32,000 nt of DNA. Source: an uncultured Erysipelotrichaceae bacterium (GTDB lineage Bacteria; Bacillota_I; Bacilli_A; Erysipelotrichales; Erysipelotrichaceae). The stretch is from NCBI GenBank assembly GCA_942492995.1, contig OW818653.1:1920001-1952000 (forward strand), in the 5' to 3' direction. Position numbers and translations under genes: made by a program. Below the pieces are notes generated by a model. The model did not search any database, had not been told where the DNA came from, and saw only the letters and a program-made list of their open reading frames with translations. Shown piece by piece: positions 17,233 through 26,256 of the stretch. Each line of letters starts with the position of its first letter. Position 1 is the stretch's first letter.

Positions 17233-18555
17233 ATGCTTAATTATACGACCCTACAAACCATCATCCAAATGCTTAGAATGTTTTTCGATATCCTAATCCT
17301 TTGGATATTACTCTATTATACAATCAAGATCGTTCGAAACAACTCTCGAACTGCACAAATCTTTAAAGGAATCATACTTATTCTAATAATTCGTGCTATT
17401 GCGAACTTCTTCGGCTTTAAAGCAGTCGATTGGTTAGCTGGAGTACTTGTTACGTATGGATTCTTGGCTATTATCATAATATTCCAGCCAGAAATACGAT
17501 CCATCCTTGAGAAACTCGGTAAGAGTAGTGTTTTCTCACGTTTAAATACCTTATCCGTTAATGAGAGATTAAGACTTGTTGATGAACTTGTTAATGCGAC
17601 AATGAGCTGTTCACAAAGTAAAGTGGGAGCGCTTATTACCCTTGAACAAGGTCATTCATTGAGCGATTTCATTAAAACAGGTACAGCGATGAATTCAATC
17701 GTAACCGCAGATCTACTCCAAACTATCTTTATGCCAAGTACACCACTTCATGATGGAGCGGTTATTATTCAAGGGGACCGCATCGCCTGTGCATCTGCGT
17801 ATTTCCCACCAACCAATTTAGAAGTACCAAGTCGCTATGGAGCACGTCATCGTGCAGCGATTGGGATTAGTGAAATAACGGATTCAGTAACGATCGTTGT
17901 GTCTGAAAAGACAGGACGTATTTCGATTGCGGAAGAAGGCAAATTACTAACCATGACCCAACAAACGCTTCGTGCTTACCTTGAACAAGTCATCCTACAA
18001 GATGAAGAAGAAGTGTATCATGCGGATCCTGCGAAACAGGTTGGGACTGTTGTAAAAGAAAGTATTCCTAAACCAATTCAATTCAAATCGAAAGATGGAA
18101 GTACTGAAGAGAATGGTCCTAAGAAACTTGTGAACTTTGACTTTAAAGGATTGTTTGGCAAAAAGAAACCAAAACCGGAAGTTGAAGAGAAAATAGTTGA
18201 AATAGAAGTTGCGGATGAACCAATCGAAGAAATAGAGCTACAGAATGTGAATGAAGAAGTGGTTGTGGAAGATGTTAAACAACCTGAAGTGTTAGAAGAT
18301 GTGTTAGATGAAGTTAAGAAATCATTAGAAGTTGAACGTAAAGAATCATTAACGTCTATCTTCAAAAAGAAGAGAAAAGTAAGTAAAAAAGTAGAAGAAG
18401 TAAAAGTAGAAGAAGAGAAAATTGAAGTGGTAGAAGATGTGAATACAAGTACACACAAACAAATGCCACATATAAAACTAGAGTACAGTGTATCAGATGA
18501 TACATTGTTGGATGATGAAGAAGATGAAGTATCTAAGGGAGGGGAAAAAGAATGA
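17233..18555 (+). CDS. cdaA: Diadenylate cyclase CdaA with an unusually long acidic C-terminal extension
   Basis: Three N-terminal TM helices. DAC domain with LHDGAVIIQGDRIACASAYFP (DGA) and GARHRAAIGISE (RHR). About 180 further residues are rich in E/K/V. Confidence 0.95.
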   Translation: MLNYTTLQTIIQMLRMFFDILILWILLYYTIKIVRNNSRTAQIFKGIILILIIRAIANFFGFKAVDWLAGVLVTYGFLAIIIIFQPEIRSILEKLGKSSVFSRLNTLSVNERLRLVDELVNATMSCSQSKVGALITLEQGHSLSDFIKTGTAMNSIVTADLLQTIFMPSTPLHDGAVIIQGDRIACASAYFPPTNLEVPSRYGARHRAAIGISEITDSVTIVVSEKTGRISIAEEGKLLTMTQQTLRAYLEQVILQDEEEVYHADPAKQVGTVVKESIPKPIQFKSKDGSTEENGPKKLVNFDFKGLFGKKKPKPEVEEKIVEIEVADEPIEEIELQNVNEEVVVEDVKQPEVLEDVLDEVKKSLEVERKESLTSIFKKKRKVSKKVEEVKVEEEKIEVVEDVNTSTHKQMPHIKLEYSVSDDTLLDDEEDEVSKGGEKE

Positions 18556-19916
18556 GCCAGAATAAAAAACCCGTTGAACAAGGATACGATAAATTAGAAC
18601 TTGCGAAGAAAATCGCTGAACAAAGTAGTAAAGTATTTAAAACGTATAACTCAATAGAGTTTATCGTTATGCGTATTGTGCGTTTCTTCAGTATGTGGAT
18701 TGACCGTTTATTGTTTAGTCCGCATTCAGGTAAAATTGTTAGTTTAATCTTAGCAATTGTCTTATATGTAGCGATTAACTTTAATATCGGAGAGATAATC
18801 TTTGAAACACCGATTACATCAGGGGTAACCATTGATGCGATTCCGGTAACTGTAATCTCAAACGATGAAGTATATGAAGTATCTGGATTACCAACTGAAG
18901 TAAAAGCATATGTCATTGGAGATATGTCTGATATTACATTGATTCGTACGCAAAAAGCATATTCTGTTGTGGCGGATTTAACTGGGTTATTGGAAGGTAC
19001 GCATGAAGTTAAACTTGCGCCTAAAGATTTCTCAACGCGTGTAGAAGTTGCACTATCGCAATCAACTGCGGTTGTGACAATCAAGAAGAAAGTATCCCAA
19101 CACTTTAATTTAGAATATGACTATATCAACACCGATAAGATGAACCAAGAGTTCGTGTTATCCGATCCGGTGTTTGTGGACCAAGAAATTATTATTCGTG
19201 CATCGCAAGATACACTCTATAAGATTGGGATTGTGAAGGCATTGATTGATGCGAGTGGTGTAACGGCAGACTTTACACAAGAAGCCCCAATCGTAGCGTA
19301 TGACCAAGATGGGAATAAAATGGATGTCGATATTATTCCTTCATCAGTAACAGTTAGTGTTGGTGTAAGCTCACCAAACAAAACAGTTGGTATAGAAATT
19401 GTACCAAATGGTGATATTCCAAATGGTAAAGCGATTGAAAGTATTACCTTAGACCAACAAACCATTACCATCTTTGGTAGAGACACAGTCCTACAAAACA
19501 TTGATACTATCCAAGTTCCAATTGATGCGACAACTCTTACAACCGATACCAGTTTAGTGGCAGATATTCCACTTCCAACAGGTGTTAAGAAAACCAGTGT
19601 AAGTCGTGTTAATATGCAAATTACATTAGGTGATGGAGTGAGTGGAAGAGTTGAAGATGTGTTTATTCAATTCATCAATAATGTAAATGGATATCGCTTT
19701 ACACTGATTAATTCAGGCGATACCGTAACTGGTATAGATTTATTCGGTACACAATCGAATGTGGATACTGTCACAAGTGATGATTTCTATGTGTATTTCG
19801 ATATGTCAAAACTTGAACCAGGTGAACAGGATGTACAACTCTTAATGAGATCATACAAACCGTTGGTAAAAGCGAGCTTAGTTAAACAAACAATAAGGAT
19901 CAATGTGGTGAAATAA
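18552..19916 (+). CDS. cdaR: CdaA regulatory protein CdaR (YbbR-domain repeats)
   Basis: ATGA overlap with cdaA. One N-terminal TM helix followed by repeated beta-rich modules of about 90 aa, typical of YbbR domains. Canonical position between cdaA and glmM. Confidence 0.85.
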   Translation: MSQNKKPVEQGYDKLELAKKIAEQSSKVFKTYNSIEFIVMRIVRFFSMWIDRLLFSPHSGKIVSLILAIVLYVAINFNIGEIIFETPITSGVTIDAIPVTVISNDEVYEVSGLPTEVKAYVIGDMSDITLIRTQKAYSVVADLTGLLEGTHEVKLAPKDFSTRVEVALSQSTAVVTIKKKVSQHFNLEYDYINTDKMNQEFVLSDPVFVDQEIIIRASQDTLYKIGIVKALIDASGVTADFTQEAPIVAYDQDGNKMDVDIIPSSVTVSVGVSSPNKTVGIEIVPNGDIPNGKAIESITLDQQTITIFGRDTVLQNIDTIQVPIDATTLTTDTSLVADIPLPTGVKKTSVSRVNMQITLGDGVSGRVEDVFIQFINNVNGYRFTLINSGDTVTGIDLFGTQSNVDTVTSDDFYVYFDMSKLEPGEQDVQLLMRSYKPLVKASLVKQTIRINVVK

Positions 19917-21239
19917 ATGGGGAAATATTTTGGGACAGATGGCATTCGTGGAAAAGCGAATGTGGAATTAACAGCGGAGATAGCGTTTAAAATCGGTCGT
20001 TCGTTAGGTTCAATCTTTAAACAAAAGAAAATTGTGGTAGGAATGGATACGCGTTTATCCAGCAGTATGTTAAAACATGCGGTATGTGCTGGACTCTGTG
20101 CAAGTGGAGCAGATGCGTATGATATGGGTGTTGTGCCAACACCAGCGATAGCGTATATCACAACCCATGAAGACTTTGCGTGTGGCATTATGATTTCTGC
20201 TAGTCACAATCCTTATTATGATAATGGGATTAAAGTATTTAATACCCATGGTGTAAAGATTGATGATGAACTAGAAACTAAAATAGAAGCTGTGATTGAT
20301 GGGGCTGAAGTACCATATGCACAATCTGAAGAGATTGGACGTGTGTATGACTTTACAACTGGACTTGAACATTACAAACAAAATTTGATTAACCTATTTG
20401 ATATGGATTTATCCGGATTACGTATCGCGATTGATGCGTCAAATGGATCGGCGAGTGTTACGGCACTTGATGTATTAACTGAACTTAATGCGGATTGTTT
20501 TATCATGAGTAATCAACCTGATGGTTTAAACATTAACGCACACTGTGGTTCAACACATCCTGAGAATCTTCAAGAGTACATGCGTACTCACAAATGCGAC
20601 ATTGGTTTAGCGTTTGATGGGGATGCGGATCGTTTAATCGCAGTCGATCATGAAGGTAATTTAGTCGATGGGGATAAAACAATTTATATCTGTGGAATGT
20701 ATCTAAAAGAATTAAATCAATTAAAAGATAATACTGTTGTGACAACCGTCATGGCAAACTTAGGTTTATACAAAGCCCTTCAAAATGCGGGAATTCATAC
20801 TGAACAAACGCAAGTTGGGGATAAATACGTTTATGAGCGTATGGTGAGTAATAACTATGATTTAGGTGGCGAACAATCAGGTCATATCATCTTTAAGCAA
20901 CATGCCACTACGGGTGATGGATTACTAACTGCCCTTAAATTGATTGAAGTAATGCATGCACATAAGAAGAGTTTAAAAGCACTTGGCGATGATGTAAAAA
21001 TCTATCCACAAGTCTTAAAGAATGTAAAAGTAAACAATAAGAAAGCCGCATTAGAAAATCTTGAATTAAAAGCTGAGATTGATCGTTTAGAAAAAGAATT
21101 ACAGGGTGAAGGTAGAATACTAGTACGTCCATCCGGTACAGAACCATTGGTTCGTGTCATGGTTGAAGCCGCTACATTAGAAAAATGCCATCATTGTGTT
21201 GAGCCTTTGGTTAATTTGATTCAAACATTGAATCTATAG
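19917..21239 (+). CDS. glmM: Phosphoglucosamine mutase
   Basis: MGKYFGTDGIRGKAN N-terminus. Active-site Ser loop SASHNPYYDNGIK. Metal loop FDGDADR. Sugar-binding GGEQSGH. Confidence 0.97.
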   Translation: MGKYFGTDGIRGKANVELTAEIAFKIGRSLGSIFKQKKIVVGMDTRLSSSMLKHAVCAGLCASGADAYDMGVVPTPAIAYITTHEDFACGIMISASHNPYYDNGIKVFNTHGVKIDDELETKIEAVIDGAEVPYAQSEEIGRVYDFTTGLEHYKQNLINLFDMDLSGLRIAIDASNGSASVTALDVLTELNADCFIMSNQPDGLNINAHCGSTHPENLQEYMRTHKCDIGLAFDGDADRLIAVDHEGNLVDGDKTIYICGMYLKELNQLKDNTVVTTVMANLGLYKALQNAGIHTEQTQVGDKYVYERMVSNNYDLGGEQSGHIIFKQHATTGDGLLTALKLIEVMHAHKKSLKALGDDVKIYPQVLKNVKVNNKKAALENLELKAEIDRLEKELQGEGRILVRPSGTEPLVRVMVEAATLEKCHHCVEPLVNLIQTLNL

Positions 21240-21248
21240 GAACAAGAT

Positions 21249-21905
21249 ATGAAACGTGTAATATGCGTCGTAGAAGATGAAAAGGATTTAAATGAATTAG
21301 TCCGTAGTTATCTTGAAAAAGAAGGATTTGAAGTGCGATCTTATTTGACGTATGAAGCAGCGGCAGTGCATGTAATGGATGATGATGTTCATCTATGGAT
21401 ATTAGATATCATGTTAGACAATAAGAGTGGGTTTGATTTAATTGAAGAGATTCGTCACCAATCTAAATCCGTGCCAGTTATCTTTATGTCGGCACGTGAT
21501 AAAGAATTTGATCGTATTATTGGATTAGAAAAAGGTAGTGATGATTATATTACCAAACCATTCTCGCCAAAAGAATTAGTTTTACGCGTAAACAATATTA
21601 TTCGACGTGTGTATAAAGATGATAATCGTACACATGTAGATTCATATGAAATCGATGTGGAACAACGTAAAGTCTATAAAGACAATCAAGAGATTGAACT
21701 TACGACAAAAGAGTTTGATCTATTGATGTTATTTGTTCGAAATAAACAAACCGCTTTCTCAAGAGGTCAAATCTTAGGTCGTGTATGGGAAACAAATTAC
21801 TTTGGAAGTGATCGTGTTGTGGATGATACATTACGTAGATTACGCAAAAAAATGAAGGATTTAAATATTCATACCATCTATGGTTATGGATATCGATTAG
21901 GATAA
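21249..21905 (+). CDS. OmpR/PhoB-family response regulator
   Basis: Receiver domain (VVEDE..., phospho-acceptor region LWILDIMLD, KPF). C-terminal winged helix (LTTKEFDLLMLF..., YGYGYRL). Confidence 0.9.
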   Translation: MKRVICVVEDEKDLNELVRSYLEKEGFEVRSYLTYEAAAVHVMDDDVHLWILDIMLDNKSGFDLIEEIRHQSKSVPVIFMSARDKEFDRIIGLEKGSDDYITKPFSPKELVLRVNNIIRRVYKDDNRTHVDSYEIDVEQRKVYKDNQEIELTTKEFDLLMLFVRNKQTAFSRGQILGRVWETNYFGSDRVVDDTLRRLRKKMKDLNIHTIYGYGYRLG

Positions 21906-21907
21906 AA

Positions 21908-23272
21908 ATGAATCGATTAAAGAAGTTTATAAAAGGCATGTCCCTTACGCAACAGTTGATGAGTGTTGTGTTGGTTTCACTTGCCTTTTTTATCTTCTTC
22001 TTACTCGTATTTATCTTCGGTAATATCAATACACTGGTAAGTGAACAACTCTTTACCAGCATCGATGGAACCCAACAACGTGTCATAAATAACTATGAGA
22101 ATTCAATGAGTTTAGATGATATCTTCATCGGAACAGATCCAAATGTTATACACATTATCTATTCACTCGATGACACAAAAGGCGCAATTACCAATGCGAA
22201 TACAACCTTAGATCCTGAATTAGATCAAATTTTCAGAGAGAATTTCAAGGTTCAAACGACTGAACTCGTACGATACGAAAGTACGACAACAGATATTAGT
22301 GTTGTATATCAAATACGTCGAATTGATGTCGCAAACTATATTGTAAGTTTTGTGCCTAATAGTTATATGGATCAGTTTAAACTAGCGTTAGTAAATGGCG
22401 TTGTGAATATCTTGTTGGTTATTGTTGGTATCTTATTTCTATTATTAATGATATGGGTAGGCTACTTAATCCATTCACTTAAACAAATTGAAATCTATAT
22501 CAGTAAATATCGTAAAGGTGAAAAAGCTGAACTCAAGATGGATCGTAACGATGAAGTTGGCGAACTGGGTCGAGCGATTGTCGATATGAACCAAGAAATT
22601 CGTAGACAAGAGTTATTAAAAGAAGAAATGGTTCAGAATATATCGCATGACTTAAAAACACCAATCGCCACAATCAAATCGTATGGAGAAAGTATCAAAG
22701 ATGGTATTTATCCGTATGAAACACTTGAGAAGAGTGTTGATGTAATTATCGAACATGCGAATCGATTAGAGAAGAAAGTACATAGTTTACTCTTATTAAA
22801 TCGTATGGGTTATTTAATTGCGGAAGATAAGGGAAATGATAAAACAGATATGAAAGGTGTGATTGAAAAAGTCCTGCTTTCATTAAAAGTTATTAAGCCA
22901 GCGATTAAACTAAAAACAGATTTAACTTCATGTAGTTATTATGGAAGTGAAGAGCCTTGGCGTGTTGTGATAGAGAATATTCTCGATAACGCATTACGTT
23001 ACGCAAAGTCAGAAATAACCATTGATTTAAAACCAGACTATTGTATCATTTACAATGATGGTCCTCCAATTCCAGAAGATCGTATTGAACAAATCTTCAA
23101 ACCGTATGAAAAAGGTACAGGTGGACAGTTTGGATTAGGACTTGCGATTGTTCGTCGTGTTTTAACGGCGTATCATTATACAATTAAGATAAAGAACTTG
23201 AATGTAGGTATTCAATTTATTATCGAGAAAGAAAAGAATGGATCGAAAATCACGAAAGATGAGCTCCTATAA
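21908..23272 (+). CDS. Sensor histidine kinase (two TM helices, extracytoplasmic loop, HAMP, HisKA, HATPase_c)
   Basis: H-box SHDLKTPIATIKSY. N-box ENILDNALRYA. G-boxes YNDGPPIP and GGQFGLGLAIV. Starts 2 nt after the regulator stop. Confidence 0.9.
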   Translation: MNRLKKFIKGMSLTQQLMSVVLVSLAFFIFFLLVFIFGNINTLVSEQLFTSIDGTQQRVINNYENSMSLDDIFIGTDPNVIHIIYSLDDTKGAITNANTTLDPELDQIFRENFKVQTTELVRYESTTTDISVVYQIRRIDVANYIVSFVPNSYMDQFKLALVNGVVNILLVIVGILFLLLMIWVGYLIHSLKQIEIYISKYRKGEKAELKMDRNDEVGELGRAIVDMNQEIRRQELLKEEMVQNISHDLKTPIATIKSYGESIKDGIYPYETLEKSVDVIIEHANRLEKKVHSLLLLNRMGYLIAEDKGNDKTDMKGVIEKVLLSLKVIKPAIKLKTDLTSCSYYGSEEPWRVVIENILDNALRYAKSEITIDLKPDYCIIYNDGPPIPEDRIEQIFKPYEKGTGGQFGLGLAIVRRVLTAYHYTIKIKNLNVGIQFIIEKEKNGSKITKDELL

Positions 23273-23274
23273 CC

Positions 23275-24036
23275 ATGCCTTATTGTAATATACAGAATAG
23301 TAAAACCTATTATACCCAAAGCGGTGAGGGCAAAGATGTTGTATGCCTAGTTGGTTGGGGTCAAGATACACGAATGTTTGAGCCAACACAAAAGTACTTA
23401 TCTAAGTATTTTAGAGTTACATGTGTTGATTATCCAGGTTTTGGACAAAGTGATTTGATGAGCACACCTTGGTCTGTGGATGATTATGTACGTTGGTTTG
23501 AAGAGGTTGCTCAGACATTGAATATTGAAAACCCAATTATTATTGCGCATTCATTTGGTGCACGTATTGCACTAAAATATAATCTCAAGAATCCAATTCG
23601 TAAGTTAATCTTTACCGGTGCAGCAGGCATTCGACCTAAAGTTAAATTTAGTACAATGTTAAGAATACGTTTGTATAAATTACTAAAAATACTTGTCCAA
23701 TTACCAGGTTTATCATCGTATCAAGAGAAGTTGAAGAAAGTATTTGGAAGTGAAGATTATAAATCAATTAGTGGTGTTTTACGCGATAGTTTTGTGAGAA
23801 TTGTGAATGAAGATTTAAGTCCGTATTTAAGTAAAGTTGAAGTTCCATGTCTACTCATTTGGGGCGATAAAGATGATGCGACCCCATTATGGATGGCTAA
23901 ACAAATGGAAAAAGAAATGAAGGATGCTGGACTTGTTGTGTTTGAAAATGAAGGTCATTATGCTTATTGGAACCAAATTCATCGATTTAATAAAATCGTA
24001 GATGTGTTCTTAGAAAAGGATCGTAATCATGAATGA
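23275..24036 (+). CDS. Alpha/beta-fold hydrolase
   Basis: Nucleophile elbow AHSFGA. Candidate acid in WGDKDDATP. Candidate His in NEGHYAYW. 253 aa. Confidence 0.75.
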   Translation: MPYCNIQNSKTYYTQSGEGKDVVCLVGWGQDTRMFEPTQKYLSKYFRVTCVDYPGFGQSDLMSTPWSVDDYVRWFEEVAQTLNIENPIIIAHSFGARIALKYNLKNPIRKLIFTGAAGIRPKVKFSTMLRIRLYKLLKILVQLPGLSSYQEKLKKVFGSEDYKSISGVLRDSFVRIVNEDLSPYLSKVEVPCLLIWGDKDDATPLWMAKQMEKEMKDAGLVVFENEGHYAYWNQIHRFNKIVDVFLEKDRNHE

Positions 24037-25627
24037 TTTTTTACTCTTTATTAATCGTCTTTTAATCGTGATAGCGTGGATTGTCTTATACTCTACTGCC
24101 ATCAAACAAAGTCTTCATATGTTTCAACAGAATCGATATGAAGTACGACGCTTTTGGCCATGGCTTTTAGAACATATTCAATTCGAGCCTAAACAATCCC
24201 TTAAATGGATTCTAATCTATGTTGGATACATCGCAATCGCATTCATTGCGAATCGTTTTACAGCACTTGGCGCAACACTTGTCATATTATTTACACTGTT
24301 AATTAGTTATCAATTTATCCAAACAGAAAAACGTACGAACTACATTAAACAGTTAAATGTGACTGCACGTGTTAAACGTCAGATCTTTGTGATGATTGGA
24401 CTCGTTGGTATAACTTTGTATTTTGTCTATACACTTGATTGGATGTGGATTGCGCTATTTACACCATTCATGTGGGGTGTTGTTTGGCTGTATGTCATTC
24501 TTATGGCAGTTATTACGATGCCATTTGAATCAATGGTGAAATTGATATTCATTCAAAAGGCTAAAGGTATATTAGCGAATCAATCACGTTTAATCAAAAT
24601 TGGGATTACTGGAAGTTATGGTAAGACATCCAGTAAAAATATCTTAAATGAAATACTCGCAGAGAAATATTACGTTCTAAGTACACCTGCTTCATTCAAT
24701 ACACCAATGGGATTAACCATCACCATTCGTGAACAACTCAAATCCATTCATCAAGTGTTTATTGCGGAGATGGGTGCAGATAAAGTTGGTGAGATTGATT
24801 TCTTAAGTAAATTCATTCGACCTCAATATGCGATTATTACATCCATCGGTCCCCAACATCTCAATACCTTTAAATCAATTGATAATATCATTCGTGAGAA
24901 GATGCGATTAGTTGAGAACTTACCTGTATCAGGGGTTGGTGTAATTAACTATGACTATGAATCGATTCGTAATTATCGAATTAAGAATAACTGTAAAATA
25001 TTAACGTATGCGATTGATCATGAAGCGGATTATCGTGCACATGAAATTGTGTATACCGTTAATGGTTCAAGTTTTACCGTACGATGTGCAGAAGGTGATT
25101 ATCCTTTCTCAACACGTTTGTTGGGTAAACACAATATTGCGAATATCTTAGCGGGTATCGCATTGGGTAGACAACTTGGTTTATCGTGGGAATTATTACA
25201 AAAAGCAGTAGGTAGTGTTAATTATGTCGAACATCGCTTACAACTTAAGAAAATAAATGGATTTAACTATATTGATAATGCGTTTAACTCAAATCCTGAG
25301 GGTGCTAAAATGTCCTTAGAAGTGATTAAGATGATGCCGAATCATCGTTATATTGTTACACCAGGTATGATTGATTTAGGCGTTAAACAAACTGAATTAA
25401 ATAAACAATTTGGGACACAGATGAAAGATCATGTCGATACAGTAATCCTTGTTGGTAAAAAACAAACAGTTTCAATCTATGAAGGATTAAAAGAATCAGG
25501 CTTTGATATGAATGAAGTTATCGTATTAGATACTGTAAAAGAAGCGTTTAGATACATCGAAGCTCATGCTCAAAGTGATGATATTATCTTACTAGAGAAT
25601 GATTTACCGGATGCGTTTAATCACTAG
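24029..25627 (+). CDS. murF: MurF-like Mur ligase (UDP-MurNAc-peptide:D-Ala-D-Ala ligase type) with a polytopic membrane N-terminal domain
   Basis: P-loop GITGSYGKTSSKNIL. Central-domain blocks EMGADKVGEI and SIGPQHL. C-terminal VEHRLQ...IDNAFNSNPEG (compare MurF DDSYNANP). The first 180 aa or so contain at least 5 hydrophobic helices in place of the usual soluble N-domain. 8-nt overlap with the hydrolase gene (ATGAATGA). Confidence 0.7.
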   Translation: MNDFLLFINRLLIVIAWIVLYSTAIKQSLHMFQQNRYEVRRFWPWLLEHIQFEPKQSLKWILIYVGYIAIAFIANRFTALGATLVILFTLLISYQFIQTEKRTNYIKQLNVTARVKRQIFVMIGLVGITLYFVYTLDWMWIALFTPFMWGVVWLYVILMAVITMPFESMVKLIFIQKAKGILANQSRLIKIGITGSYGKTSSKNILNEILAEKYYVLSTPASFNTPMGLTITIREQLKSIHQVFIAEMGADKVGEIDFLSKFIRPQYAIITSIGPQHLNTFKSIDNIIREKMRLVENLPVSGVGVINYDYESIRNYRIKNNCKILTYAIDHEADYRAHEIVYTVNGSSFTVRCAEGDYPFSTRLLGKHNIANILAGIALGRQLGLSWELLQKAVGSVNYVEHRLQLKKINGFNYIDNAFNSNPEGAKMSLEVIKMMPNHRYIVTPGMIDLGVKQTELNKQFGTQMKDHVDTVILVGKKQTVSIYEGLKESGFDMNEVIVLDTVKEAFRYIEAHAQSDDIILLENDLPDAFNH

Positions 25628-25641
25628 AAATCGAGTGAACT

Positions 25642-26241
25642 ATGGAGTGGAATCATTTTCTAAGTAAATTATTATCCATCAGTAAGATTGGATTAAAGTT
25701 CTCTAAAGATCCGTATGCGCTTGAGAATTATCAAGAACTACAGGATTTAGTAGTGCTTCAATCCAATGAAGTTAATCAACCCATCGATGTCGTTAAGCTA
25801 TACCCTAAAGATACCTATCCTACACCGAATGTATCTGTACGCATTATGATCTTCAATGAAAAGAAAGAATTATTAATGGTACAAGAGAAAACCGATGGTG
25901 GATATGCAGTACCTGGTGGTTGGTGCGATGTGTTTGAATCAGCGCGCCAAAACGCAGTTAAAGAAACCAAACAAGAAACTGGATTGGATGTAGAGATAGT
26001 TCGATTACTAGCAGTGATGCAACGTGAATTGTATAAATCTAAACCAACAATGATTTCTGAATATGTCTTTTATTTCTTAGCAGAAGTAAAGGGTGGTACA
26101 TTAGCGTATAATCATGAACTCTTAGATATAGGATATTTTGAATATAATGCACTACCTGTGTTATCATTTAAAACGTCAAAACGAGAATTAGAGATTGCGA
26201 TGGATGTGCTTTCGAATCACAAAGAAGTCTACTTTGATTAA
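25642..26241 (+). CDS. NUDIX hydrolase with N-terminal Nudix-associated helical domain
   Basis: Nudix box GGWCDVFESARQNAVKETKQETGL. It is a variant of GX5EX7REUXEEXGU, with K and Q at the R and first E positions. Confidence 0.8.
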   Translation: MEWNHFLSKLLSISKIGLKFSKDPYALENYQELQDLVVLQSNEVNQPIDVVKLYPKDTYPTPNVSVRIMIFNEKKELLMVQEKTDGGYAVPGGWCDVFESARQNAVKETKQETGLDVEIVRLLAVMQRELYKSKPTMISEYVFYFLAEVKGGTLAYNHELLDIGYFEYNALPVLSFKTSKRELEIAMDVLSNHKEVYFD

Positions 26242-26256
26242 ATAGGAGGAATCGGT

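Noticed and set aside
18078-19084. Two long - strand ORFs (167 aa Ser/Thr-rich, and 183 aa) opposite the cdaA tail and cdaR
   Set aside because: The Ser/Thr-rich sequence is the mirror image of the GAA/GAG/AAG-rich acidic tail of CdaA. There is no RBS, and both ORFs sit fully inside well-supported + strand genes.
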